A stretch of DNA of 61,435 bases, the filler included, from Squatina squatina (taxonomy: Eukaryota), in NCBI GenBank assembly GCA_031763465.1. It is 4 parts of 4 records of this genome, joined end to end, with 100 filler letters (N's around TTAATTAATTAA, not from the genome) between each part and the next. Parts side by side here need not be neighbours in the genome. Positions count along the whole stretch, not along the records: positions 42,891 to 61,435 come from JARFOE010000036.1; 3 more parts are not named here. One strand, 5' to 3'. Positions 49,333-61,435 of the stretch are shown one piece after another. The translations under genes were made by a program, and so were the position numbers. The notes under the pieces are model-generated. The model saw only the letters and a list, made by a program, of their open reading frames with translations, did no database searches and had not been told where the DNA came from. The first letter of the stretch is position 1. Each line of letters opens with the position of its first letter.

Positions 49333-49923
49333 NNNNNNNNNNNNNNNNNNNNNNNNNNNNNNNNNNNNNNNNNNNNNNNNNNNNNNNNNNNNNNNNNNNN
49401 NNNNNNNNNNNNNNNNNNNNNNNNNNNNNNNNTTGGTTGGAAAAGCTACACAGACATCTCCTTCAACAACCAACTTGCACTAGTATAGGGCACTGCAAAG
49501 ACAGGCCAAAGTGTTTTACGAAATGTGCAGGTGGAATATACATGGAGCAGATGGATGGAGAAGAGTTGGGGTGGGGACCAAAGGCAAAGTGGAACAGGTA
49601 GGTTTTGGAGAAGCTTTTGATGATGGGGAGACAGGTAAAAAGAGGGAGGGGGATGTAGGGAGGGGGATTTAGGGAGGGAGTGAGTGAAGGGGTGTGATGG
49701 CTGACAGCTCTGTTACCAATGCTGGAGTGGAGAGTGAGGGATGTCCAAAGTGGGAAGAGCCGAGATGGTCTTTAAGTCCCACAAGCCAGATGTCAACCCC
49801 CACCTAACCGCCCTCTCACCCTATCCCTCAAACCCATCACCCCCTAGTTGCTTGTGACCCATTTATGCTACATTTTACTATAGCAAACTATGGTAATCAT
49901 GGGTGCGTGCTATTTCTCAACAG

Positions 49924-50080
49924 GTCGATATATCTTCATAACAATAAACTGACAAACGCAGGCCTCCCCAAGGCCATGTTCAGCGGCTCTGACATGGTCA
50001 ATATTTTAATTCTATCCAACAATAATCTAACCCGTGTACCAGAGAATCTACCACCTCTGCTCATCCAGCTGCATTTACAG
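49924..50080 (+). CDS. PODNL1: Podocan-family (class V SLRP) leucine-rich-repeat exon, probably podocan-like 1
   Basis: tttctcaacag|G...CAG|gtaggt; 157 bp; (R)[52 protein letters not shown] aligns with podocan [52 protein letters not shown]. PODNL1 is preferred over PODN from the convergent CC2D1A neighbour. Confidence 0.82.
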
Positions 50081-50754
50081 GTAGGTAGCAAAGTGTCAGT
50101 TAACTGCCCGTGCACACCCAGTGTAACACGCATGTGTTTCTGCTTTCATCACATGTACTGAACCCACTCTGCATAACTGCAGCTGAAGTCTCCTCAGAGA
50201 CATTTGGTTAAATAACCTGCTGTGTCTGAACTTTGGCCTTACTCCAAGGGTATGAATTCTGTTCTTGGCTCATGGATTTCCTCCTTCTAAACCCTCAGAG
50301 ACCACGTCCCACTCATTTCAAAGTTCTTCCCACTGTTAGCATGATAAGCTCATCTGATGTATCAAAGGGTTCTGCAAGAAAGACAGAAAGAGAGAAAAAG
50401 AGACAAAGAAAGAAAAAGAGGAGAGAAAAAGAGGCCCGTTAGTGGAGCACTGTCTGTTTCCCAAGGAACCCAACTATTAGGGGTGGCCAATTTGATTGCC
50501 CTGAGTTACTGGCGCTAAGGGACGAATTGGTGAGTGCAAAGTTCCGGTCTTGGAACTCTCCCTTTAAGGCCTGCAATNNNNNNNNNNNNNNNNNNNNNNN
50601 NNNNNNNNNNNNNNNNNNNNNNNNNNNNNNNNNNNNNNNNNNNNNNNNNNNNNNNNNNNNNNNNNNNNNNNNNNNNNTCTTTAACAGCACTGTGGGAGTA
50701 CCTTCACCACAAGGACTGCAGCGGTTCAAGGCGGCGGCTCACCAGCACCATGCG

Positions 50755-51214
50755 CCGCCATATGCAAGCCCTCGACCTCTCTTCAGCAGCACTGACTCAC
50801 ACTATCCCTAAGCGGTCGTGGTCCGCAGTTCCATTTCATCCTTCGTCTCATCCGCCGCTTTAATAACAAACTTTTTAAACTTGCCTTTCAGATGTCAAAG
50901 GCCGTAAGCTTCAGTAACTCTTGGACACCAATGCTCCTCTAGAACCTTCTTCCCCATCCCTNNNNNNNNNNCCTTCTTCCAATCTCACCCCTTGTGTGTT
51001 TTCACTATCCCCCGACCTTCCCCTCTGATTCCGAACGATCAGTCCTCAGCAAAGGCCTGAGCTTCATCCCCTTACACCCGCACCTCAATGAATTCCAAGC
51101 TTGGCATGATGCTGAGCTCTTTTTCCGTCGCCTCCACCTCCACTTCTTTGGTCAGGCATCTTCCCTCCCCCCCTCACTCCCGGCACAGCTGACCTTTTCT
51201 CGCGTTTTCAGAAT
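50755..51214 (+). mobile_element. Penelope-like retroelement ORF remnant
   Basis: SDSERSVLSKGLSFIPLHPHLNEFQAWHDAELFFRRL(H) matches the N-terminal LSKGLSF.P motif of Penelope-like elements. Confidence 0.8.
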
Positions 51215-51591
51215 NNNNNNNNNNNNNNNNNNNNNNNNNNNNNNNNNNNNNNNNNNNNNNNNNNNNNNNNNNNNNNNNNNNNNNNNNNNNNNNNNNNNNN
51301 NNNNNNNNNNNNNNTAACATCCTCCTTAGCCACAGAGAGACATCAGTTTATCATCTCTGCCAATACACAGAATAGACGCCCTCCAGACCGCATTAATGCG
51401 TCGATTTAGATTATTTACCCAAGTGCTGGAGTAGGATTCATTTATTTATTTTAAACTAGTTAAGCTTCCATCAAATTGCAGATAATGTAATTTCATACAA
51501 AATTGATCAGTGTTGCATGTTAACATCACTCAGAAATAGTCACCCTAAAAAGGNNNNNNNNNNATTGCACATCTCTGCAGCAGCTACTCAC

Positions 51592-51708
51592 TTTACCACT
51601 TGGAAGGTCCTCTCCTCGTGGTGGTACTTGGGTAGAGGGTAGCCCTGGGCATGTGCCCGCTTCAGGAGCTCAATGTTCTTTTTACAATCGTCTGCCATTT
51701 TCTCAAAT
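51592..51708 (-). CDS. CC2D1A: Coiled-coil and C2 domain-containing protein 1 internal exon (just before the C2 domain)
   Basis: ttctgtttaaag|A TTT...AA|gtgagt; 117 bp; FEKMADDCKKNIELLKRAHAQGYPLPKYHHEERTFQVV(K) vs human CC2D1A FEKLAEDCKRSMDILKQAFVRGLPTPTARFEQRTFSVIK (CC2D1B has DRKK rather than DCK). Not in the ORF track. Confidence 0.85.
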
Positions 51709-53529
51709 CTTTAAACAGAAGCACACGGATGAAATGATTAAGAAAAAGAACTTTCCAGCCAACTCAATCTTTAATATAAGCACGCCGTTTATGGCCCACT
51801 TGCTGTAAAGAAATTTGACCCCCGCCCCATTCACAAGACTGTTTAAGTTATTAAATCAAAGCAGATTCAAATCTCTCCTGCCCGACATTGAAGCCCAGAG
51901 AGCCAGTATTTCAGTCCTAGACACTAATCTCTGGCACCTGGTGGTTTAACATCAGAACCATGTGCTCAACTTGCATAGAATTTTTTTTTAAAAATCAGTA
52001 ACTCCTTTGCATCAACACCCAGCAGTGAAAACAACAGTAAACTATCAGGTGAGATTAATGTCCCTTAATCTCTCCTGNNNNNNNNNNNNNNNNNNNNNNN
52101 NNNNNNNNNNNNNNNNNNNNNNNNNNNNNNNNNNNNNNNNNNNNNNNNNNNNNNNNNNNNNNNNNNNNNNNNNNNNNTGGGTGGCGCTTCCACGGGTCTA
52201 AAGCAGAACCAATTGGGCCTCCCTTATTTCCCAAATGTTGTGTAATTTAATGTGATTATAATGCAGTTAAACAATATTGATCATTTAAAAATAAAACCTA
52301 AATTACATATGAGCAAGAAGTATATTTTCTATAGTTTATGATTTAGTACCTTCTTGTAATCCTTCACTCTCAGAACATGTATTAAACCTGCAGAAACTTA
52401 CTGTGATGACAAAAGGCCATACAGTTCCCACCGCTGAAAGTGGGTGCGCTTGTGCAAATGCGATTTGCTTAGTATAACGTAACGGCAGATAAGCACCCAA
52501 AATAATGCCACTGCCACCACTTTTAATAAGACGTTATTGCAAGTGTAAGGAATATTGGCAAGCTCTATGGGCTACCGCAGAGTATCCTGACACCTGTAAG
52601 CCTGTAATTAGGATACTTGAATGATGTTTAAAGTCTCTAACTGGGTGTTGCCACAGCTGCCAAAGACTTCCAATTTGACTTAAAACCCGCTGTTATGTGC
52701 TTGTTGCAGACAACATAATTGAAACAGCGCTGTGCTAATTATGTAGAAAATGCCAGCTACAATTTGAAGAGCATGATGAAAATTAACAGAGGCTGAACTT
52801 AATTGGTGAAATAATTACTTTTTACATGGAGGGTATCAGACTGAATAAAAAAAATACATTTAAGCTAGCAAAAAAACTCTAGTTTTTACATCATAACTTA
52901 AAAAAAATAATGCTGCTGGGGATTGAAGCTGAAGCATTCTTGCATATGTGATTGAGGATTCCTCCATGCAGGCTATTTATGAGTTTTATATTAGCTTGTA
53001 TTGCTATTGGGCAGAGATGTTGCACATACTGGAGAAAATTTCCTTGCTGATAACAATTTCTTAATTAGTATTACTGCTACGACATGGGGATGGTAAATTT
53101 ATTTTAACATTCAGTGCACCTAAACAAGGTGGGAACCAGTGAGTAAACACAGCTGCTTCTGCCAAATAAATGGAGCACTTAAGACGCTATAACCTGCAAC
53201 TTTGAAATTGACGTCAATGCAAACGATTATATAATTCAATTTCTAGCTCTTAGTTCCTACTTTGCTATATTATTTATGTTGCTCACATTAAATTATTGAA
53301 TAATTCAATTTTTTAAATTCAAAATATGATTGATTTGTCAGAAGTGGACTGTACATATCCACCTGTGCTGGTTCTAATCAAAGGTTCTATAGCTTTCTGT
53401 TTCAGTTGCTGACAGACTGGCTGATGCATNNNNNNNNNNNNNNNNNNNNNNNNNNNNNNNNNNNNNNNNNNNNNNNNNNNNNNNNNNNNNNNNNNNNNNN
53501 NNNNNNNNNNNNNNNNNNNNNNNNNNNNN

Positions 53530-54138
53530 AGGAAAAGACTGATGATGTGCCAGTCACCCATGAGGAATTGACTGTTTGCCAGGGTATAAAAAAAGAACGC
53601 ACTATAGCAATCAATAAGAATATCGACGGGAATGTAGAAGGCAGTGTTCTTGTACCTAAGGCATTTAAGAACTCCAGTTGCAGAGAGATGACTCATAATG
53701 CTCTAGTAGTCTGTGAAGAGTTAACTGGAAGAGAGGTTAACAAACAAGAACTGGCTGTCCAAATGAATTTGACAACAGATATCCATGCACAGAGTGATCT
53801 GAAAGACACAATTTGTTCACAGCCCACTGACCTTTTGTGTTTCAGCACTCTCCACCAGTCACTTGATGTTAATGGTGAAAATCAGGTGGCGAACAACACC
53901 TTTAATTTCCAGGCTGATACAATGGAGAGACACAAAAATGTAAATGAGCAACTGGAGGAGACATCGAGCTCTGAGGCTAAACTAAGCACTGCAGTGGGAA
54001 ATGGTGTCCTGCAAAATTTTGATGATTGCCGAAAGAGCTTTGATCGTGACTGGTCTGACATGAATACCTCATGCAGCTCCAGGACTGTGGGGACTGGCAG
54101 CAAAATTCTCCACAAAGAGTCAGACGACCCTCATGTTA
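53530..54138 (+). CDS. Fragment of a large coding exon, unidentified low-complexity/disordered region
   Basis: The whole 609-bp contig is open in one frame (EKTDDVPVTHEE...KESDDPHV), rich in E/D/S/T/N/Q, no repeat similarity; both ends lost in gaps. Confidence 0.65.
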
Positions 54139-57100
54139 NNNNNNNNNNNNNNNNNNNNNNNNNNNNNNNNNNNNNNNNNNNNNNNNNNNNNNNNNNNNNN
54201 NNNNNNNNNNNNNNNNNNNNNNNNNNNNNNNNNNNNNNACTGTTTTGAAAAAATGTAAAAGGCAGGAAATTGTTTATTGCATTTGAATTTCAGTTGGCGG
54301 GTTTCTTCTGAACTCCTCTTCATTTTGCCACATTTTTGGCCAGAAAACCCTAGAGATATGGCTTTTCTGTAGAATTTCTGTTTGACTGTAATGGCAAACG
54401 ACTGTTTAAAAGGTCAATTTTAAACTTTAGGAACATACCTGAAGCTGCAAAAAACTTATATTAGGATGTTAACCTTAGGGACTGGTAAAAGAATTGAAAA
54501 TAGGAACATGATAATTGCTAGACGAAAAAAGGACAAGGCTCATCAAGTTGGCTTTCTGCCATCCTGGTAGGTACATGATCCAACGATAATGGAGTTTTTG
54601 ACCAATCACAGCGATCAATCTCTATCATTGAGTCGACAACAGACACAGACATGGGCCAAGGAACATCTGCTAGGGGTGAAAAGCTTTGGGAGCCTTTGGT
54701 TCAAAGCCACCAGTTTCTCTCAAACACACTACATTCACTATATTCTATATCTGATTACTCAAGTACGGTATCTCAAACTTTCCTAAAATAAATAATCTAA
54801 TTTGCTAAAACTTGAGTTGAATTGAAAGGTTTGTGGATATCCCCGCCGCCCCATCCGCCACCCACCATTTGGGGTTTTGAGGAAATATTTTAGAATTGAA
54901 AAAAATTGAGGGGTTGCAGTTTTATTTTCTAAATAAATTTAAGGGCTTAGATTCTATAGATTTCTTTTCTCTCTTAACTGTTGTTGGATNNNNNNNNNNC
55001 TAAAATAAATAATATAATTTGCATTTGAATGAATTAATACCTGCTGCTTCTGTCAGCTCCCTTAAGAAGCCTGTTCCATAGATTCACCATTTGCTCACTG
55101 AAATAATATTTTTTTTTAACAGTTCTGCTGAACTCCGACAGTTGGTGTCGTGTATGCACCACCAGCACTCTCTCAGCATTGCACTGGTCAGTCTAGATTA
55201 GGCACTCAAGTACTATAATAGGTTGTGAACTCTCAACCTTCTAGCTCAACGGTACTATCACTGAGCCAAGACTGACCAGGAGTGGTTGAGGTGGAGACCA
55301 CTGGATCTTTTAAGTGAACCGTGGATAAATATNNNNNNNNNNAACGTGGAGGCTAGTTTTGGATTGCACAAGCAAAGACCCGGCCAGATGGCCTCTTTCT
55401 GTACTGTAAACATCTTTAATTCCATGACGGTGTTGACATATGATGTGTTACAGGTCCGTGGTAACCTGTTGCATCCTCTCAAGTGAAAGACGTGCATTTT
55501 GGCCACAGTTCCACTCATTGGTCAGTGAGTTTTCCACAATTCACAACCCACCGACAGCAATGAATGTTGATTGTGGCCTTTACTNNNNNNNNNNNNNNNN
55601 NNNNNNNNNNNNNNNNNNNNNNNNNNNNNNNNNNNNNNNNNNNNNNNNNNNNNNNNNNNNNNNNNNNNNNNNNNNNNNNNNNNNCAGATGAATTTCTAGC
55701 CCTTTATTTCTTAAAAGCATTATTAAAGCACTCTTTACATGCAGCACTTTCATATTAGGAGTATTGTATAGTAAAACAATTTAGAGGAGGTGGGTCCATG
55801 ATTTCTAAACAATTTCAAAGCAGATCCTTCAACCAAAAAAGTTTGAGAACCACTGACTTTGAGCACTATTTGTCTAATATTTTGTATTTTGGAATTTTTC
55901 AAACAGCTTGCTTTGTTAAGAAAATCTCATATTGAAAACCCTTATAATCTACCTGCACATGGGGAGAGGGCACCTGGGCCCTCCTCACGATGTGCAGCCT
56001 CACGCAGAGTTCACTTGAATGGCTCATGAGGGAAACAAAAATGTGGTCAATAGATGGCGATGTTCTCAGGTTGGAATTGACAAACATTGTTGTGTCAGAG
56101 TAGAGAAAGCTTTAGTCATCTTAAGTCAGCCTCTGCTGTATCTAAAAAGAAAGGCTGAGTTGAAATAAAACCCTTCAGCTTAAGAGAAAAAAAATATGAA
56201 AAAGTAATAATCAAAAAACTTGATGTCTTTTTTTAAAATAGATCAATTGGACAGAGGAATATATTATTCAATTAACTCTTTCATATAGTGTGGGCCAATT
56301 CATAACAACTGAAAAACTGGAAAACAAAAATAACAATGAAAACATTTTAGTACAGGCACTTCACCGCTCATCTCTATCACCTTACCCATCACCAACCCTG
56401 ACTGCCTCCAGCTTGATGCCAGCCTAGCATTTCAGCTTTCAACAACAACAACTTGCATTTATTTAGCGCCTTTAATGTGGTAAAACATCCCAAGGCTACC
56501 TCTGAGCTTGCCCTAGTGTTTCGGACCACCTTCAGAGCCACCTTCTGGTGATAACAGTCAGCTTCTGGGCTCCGATCTTTCGGTCCCAGGGCAAAATCAA
56601 TCTGACTTTCTGCTCCTCATGGCAATCCAGTGATCTCTGCTGGCAATGATGTGTGTGAATTGGAAGAGGATAGGAGATAGGAGTTGTGGTGCCTGTTGTG
56701 GTTGAACAGCTAACCAACACTCACCCTCTGGACACACAAACGCAAAAACAAAAAGCATTTGGGTAAAATATCAGAAGGTGGCCAGAACTGCCCTCAATAG
56801 AAGACGAGAGAAAACTTGGAAGAGNNNNNNNNNNTCCACTTTAGCTACTCCCGTGGATAGCTCTGTGGATCATGTGATGCTGTTTCTCTTTCAAGAAGTG
56901 CTTGAGAAGAGTTGGGTGAGAAGGTTAATCTCCTGAACAGTGTGAACAGTTTTATGGTCTGTGCCATAAGGCAGGTTCCACGTTAGGCAATAGTTGAAGC
57001 AACTGAGTCATTAGGTAGAGCCCAAGTCATTAGTGTCTGTATCCTTCTTTCATCTCAGCAATGCTATTTTCAATGGAAACCCATGAAGANNNNNNNNNNN

Positions 57101-57771
57101 NNNNNNNNNNNNNNNNNNNNNNNNNNNNNNNNNNNNNNNNNNNNNNNNNNNNNNNNNNNNNNNNNNNNNNNNNNNNNNNNNNNNNNNNNNNNNNNNNNNN
57201 NNNNNNNNNNNNNNNNNNNNNNNNNNNNNNNNNNNNNNNNNNNNNNNNNNNNNNNNNNNNNNNNNNNNNNNNNNNNNNNNNNNNNNNNNNNNNNNNNNNN
57301 NNNNNNNNNNNNNNNNNNNNNNNNNNNNNNNNNNNNNNNNNNNNNNNNNNNNNNNNNNNNNNNNNNNNNNNNNNNNNNNNNNNNNNNNNNNNNNNNNNNN
57401 NNNNNNNNNNNNNNNNNNNNNNNNNNNNNNNNNNNNNNNNNNNNNNNNNNNNNNNNNNNNNNNNNNNNNNNNNNNNNNNNNNNNNNNNNNNNNNNNNNNN
57501 NNNNNNNNNNNNNNNNNNNNNNNNNNNNNNNNNNNNNNNNNNNNNNNNNNNNNNNNNNNNNNNNNNNNNNNNNNNNNNNNNNNNNNNNNNNNNNNNNNNN
57601 NNNNNNNNNNNNNNNNNNNNNNNNNNNNNNNNNNNNNNNNNNNNNNNNNNNNNNNNNNNNNNNNNNNNNNNNNNNNNNNNNNNNNNNNNNNNNNNNNNNN
57701 NNNNNNNNNNNNNNNNNNNNNNNNNNNNNNNNNNNNNNNNNNNNNNNNNNNNNNNNNNNNNNNNNNNNNNN

Positions 57772-58035
57772 CTCCCACAAACAACAATGTGATAATGACC
57801 AGATAATCTGTTTTAGTGATGTTGGTTGAGGGATAAATATTGGGCAGGGCACCGGGAAGAACTCCCCTGCTCTTCTTTGAAATAGTGCCATGGAATCTTT
57901 TAAGTCCACCTGAGAGGGTAGACGGGGCCTCAGTTTAACATCTCATCCGAAAAAACGGCGCCTCCGACAATGCAGCACTCCCTCAGTACAGCACTGGAGC
58001 ATCAGCCTAGATTTTTTGCTCAAGTCTCTGGAGTG
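57772..58035 (-). mobile_element. Deu-domain SINE (SacSINE1-like), second copy
   Basis: Reverse complement matches ~12040-12265; retains a segment deleted in the first copy. Confidence 0.85.
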
Positions 58036-59094
58036 CTCGATGACCCCAGTGTTATTTAATTGTTACGACTCCCAATGGTCTGTGTCTTGCACTTTCATTT
58101 GCTTCTGTTTCCCTCCACTCCGGCATACAACCCACACTTTGACCGTGACATGGAGTTGCGATGTACTGTCATCCAAAATTGAGGTAGGCTAAAAGATTGA
58201 TAAACTCGACCTTCAGTGATGTCCTTCAACTTTCCAGCTTGCCCTCAATATGCCAAGACAGTACACACGGCTGTAGATTTCTGCTTAATTCCTTGTAACA
58301 TCTTTTATAACAAGATAACCTATAAATATCCCATACTTCTCATGCACCAGTTGTCAAGACATCACTTTAATCTTATAAAGATAGACAATTACAGACCTCA
58401 CAAGTGCATTTGCCTAAGGTACATTATATATTTAAACGCACACAGGCAGCACTTCCTATTAGATTCAAGTGTCCACTGACCTGGAAGAGTTCAATCCCAA
58501 GGCAGTGCCACAGGCTCCTTTCATTAGATGCTTCTCAATTGGCTCCTGAAATTCCCGTTTCCTTGGAAACTGTATGAATTACCACCGCTCATCTCAGTGT
58601 TCCCAGAGATGACTCTTCAGAGTCTGCTGAAATTCAATGCAGTTGCTTCAATCAACGAAGTTCTGGGATACTTGGACAATAATGGACGCTCATGTATGCC
58701 ATTTCATCACATTAATTATGCGCCTGGCGATTGAAGGCAATATCATATGCCAGTCCTGCAGTGTACTCAATTATGGAAAGACAATGCCAATTAAATCCAT
58801 GACCACATTTTGAAAATGAGGATTTCTTTATTTTGCTGTCCCTAGATGATGAGGGATGCCGTTGCTGTGCAATGGAACATTTTCTAGCGTTTGCACCCAG
58901 TGTCAGTATCATGTACTCCCAGACCAGGAATAATGACAATCTGGTGCAAAGTAAAACTCTGTGCTCCATGCCAGTAGGGTGCCGCACTTCCAACCTTTGA
59001 AAAGCACTTCTGGCTGCACCAGGGTGACACACATTTACTACACGGCCCATTAGTTTTCCATAAAGCTCTGGTTAGAACCCATTTAGAGTTCTGC

Positions 59095-59328
59095 GCACTG
59101 CACCTCAGGAAGGATATATTGGCCTCGTAGGGGTGCAGCGCAGATCCACCAGAATGATACCGGAGCTAAAAGGGTTAAATTATGAGGACAGGTTGCATAG
59201 ATTAGGCTTGCATTCCGTGGAATATAGAAAATAGGAGCAGGAGTAGGCCATTCCGCCATTCAATATGATCATGGCTGATCATCCAAATTCAGTACCCTGT
59301 TCCTGCTTTCTTCCCATATCCCTTGATC
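59095..59328. mobile_element. Two abutting CR1 fragments in opposite orientation
   Basis: Plus: LRKDILA..GVQRR.TRMIPELKGLNYEDRL.RLGL; then aataggagcaggagtaggccatt... (reverse CR1 tail). Confidence 0.8.
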
Positions 59329-60321
59329 NNNNNNNNNNNNNNNNNNNNNNNNNNNNNNNNNNNNNNNNNNNNNNNNNNNNNNNNNNNNNNNNNNNNNNNN
59401 NNNNNNNNNNNNNNNNNNNNNNNNNNNNTCCGCCCACCGCGCGCTGGGGCTGAGCCTGGGAATCCCAGGCAGTAATGGATGCCACTTGGCTGGGATTGCA
59501 ATGGAGCAGCACTGAGGTTGCAGCAGGCGCTGCAGGGGCAGGCAGCATTCATCAGCAGGCACTGAGCACAGGCACCCAGCAAGGAGGGACATCAGGTGCA
59601 AACAAACAAAAAAAAAAACCACCTTTTCTTGCAAAAGCTCCTGTATGTGGTTCATCCCATTGCAAAAAAAAACAAAAGTGGGATTTGTTTTGTCTTGAAT
59701 GGAAAAGTGCATATTGACACTGGAGTGCTTTTTAGTGCACAGTGACACAGCACTGAGCTGCACTTTCATTGCTTGGCTGTGTGTTAACTTTCAGGTGCAT
59801 TGGAGATTAATATTGGAAATGAAGAATGACAGTGTTGCTAATTGTAGTTGCAAGCTTTGGCACACAGGGCTGCTGCAAAGTGGTCCTGCAAGGAAAAGGC
59901 TCCCACCCAACCCGCGGGGTTGGTATTATTGTGCTTTCCAAGGGCACACTGTCTGTTGTGATCCGGTGTTGTGGTCGTGCCGGGGGTGGCGATTCGCAGT
60001 CGAGCGCTGACTCGAAGCGAAAGGGGGTGAGGGCGGCATGCTGTAACGTGTTATAAAGGTGACTTACCGTTGCAACCGTCTTAATATTTGCATGTGATCA
60101 ATCACACCGTGGCTAAAACAAGTCGCTCAGAATACCACTACGAGGTGCTTTTTCTTTTAAGTCCAGGTGAAGTCACATGGACAATAAAAGAATTGTTTGC
60201 CTCCTGCAATGTTGCCATTCTGCAGCTTTTGTTATACTTTTTAAAAACTGTGCATGTCTAATATATGAATGAGAGAGTGAGGTATTGTTTCTGTATAAAA
60301 GAACAGTATTGTGTTTTTTTT

Positions 60322-60350
60322 TATATATATATTATATATATATATATATA
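60322..60350. repeat. Interrupted (TA)n microsatellite
   Basis: tatatatatattatatatatatatatata. Confidence 0.85.
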
Positions 60351-60622
60351 GAACAGTGCTATTTCAATTTCAAGTCTGTATGGAGCTATCAGCTCTCATT
60401 TAGGGTGGTGCTTGGAGCAATACAGTTGGTCTCAACAGCCCTGGGCTAGGGAGGGGACAATGCTCCCACTCTTACTCTGTGCTGGAAAGTGTGAGCGTGG
60501 CGTTGCTGGGTAAGAGTAGAATTGGGTTCGGCTGGTGATATACTGGATAGCACCTGTCACCAATCACCCCTGCTAGGAGAGAAGGGGAGGATTAAATAAA
60601 AGGCATAGAACAATGATGCTTT

Positions 60623-60678
60623 TGTATATTGTGTGGAACTATGCTATTTCTGTACATTGTGTGGAACTGTGATATTTC
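60623..60678. repeat. 28-bp tandem duplication
   Basis: tgtatattgtgtggaactatgctatttc / tgtacattgtgtggaactgtgatatttc (3 mismatches). Confidence 0.85.
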
Positions 60679-61435
60679 AAAATATTATACTGGCAGATCT
60701 CCAGTGGCATTGCTCGTGACAAGTTGGATGATGCACTGTTCGCTAAAGACTGGGCTGTTCGACCGTGTAATGCAGAATGCATTATTCATCTGCTAAGGTA
60801 TATTTCTGATCAAAACTCTTAACTGTTGAAACAGCAACAATACTATCAGATTGTGTGCACTTTTCTTTGATCAAGGAACTTTGCTAATTAGAAAATTATT
60901 GTAATTTTTCAGGTGCCAGATGGCATTCTTTTGCTTTTTTTTTTAAAAAAAGAGTTTGTTTTACATCTGCAATAAATAATTATGTCTCATGTATAATGGA
61001 TTAAAACTAAAGTCCTCTTTTGTACATATAGTTGATTATTTCCCTTGGCACGCTCGTGGTAAATGAATAAAAGGCAGTTTTATTAGAGTTGGATTGTTGT
61101 ACCATGAAATGCACAATGTATTATGCTGCAAAGGTATGTATGTCCTCCAATAAGACCACAGGAAACTAGTTGCTGTTCAGTAAACTCCAGTTGAGGTCAG
61201 TCAGAGTTCAATTGCTCTGAAGTGGGGAAAATTGGCTGGTTGGTTGTTTCAATTTTCAGGCTACAGGGAATAACCCAAAAATTCCTGACTTTTGTACTCT
61301 TTTCTTTTAAGCCTGATTGTTGATGTCAATGACAGACTCCAGCCATTCTCACATTTGTATCAAGGGATATTTTCTGTTGATGATGCATCTGTCACAATTC
61401 TGGTGTGCACTTTTATAGCTATCTTTCACTCTTGT

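Noticed and set aside
57050-57909. Long ORFs (243-279 aa) in the ORF track
   Set aside because: They read through the N run at 57090-57771; the flanks are SINE or non-coding
58200-59050. Possible decayed LTR-retrotransposon integrase (minus WHCLGIELFQ resembling W..LGIDLF)
   Set aside because: Single short motif with no supporting HHCC or DDE context that I could read; insufficient evidence

Overview
This window is not prokaryotic. It is vertebrate nuclear DNA, most likely a cartilaginous fish (shark), inferred from the repeat landscape: Deu-domain SacSINE1-like SINEs, CR1 and L2 LINEs, Penelope remnants and GC-rich TIR elements. It comes from a very fragmented assembly: short contigs joined by 10-N/100-N gaps, plus three artificial N44-TTAATTAATTAA-N44 linkers (14540-14639, 29709-29808, 42791-42890) that concatenate four probably unrelated scaffolds. 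Genes appear mostly as isolated exons, several missed by the ORF track. Segment 1 has a divergent CDK4/CDK6/CDK21-family exon and the HEXIM C-terminus with its 3' UTR. Segment 2 has one SUSD1 exon and three consecutive THOC5 exons. Segment 3 has the first coding exon of the T-type Ca channel CACNA1H, ending at a U12-type (ATATCCTTT) donor, with an upstream CpG-rich region. Segment 4 has a long NFIL3/E4BP4-like bZIP ORF, a separate NFIL3-type C-terminus upstream of it (tandem paralog or mis-ordered contig), a podocan-like (PODNL1) exon convergent with a CC2D1A exon, and an unidentified 609-bp open contig. Gene identities come from recalled protein similarity and splice-site reading, not from database searches; repeat boundaries are approximate. 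I see no convincing novel biological system. The best leads are the possible tandem NFIL3-like pair, the CDK21-like kinase lacking the CDK4/6 hinge histidine, the minor-spliceosome intron and a few orphan exon candidates.
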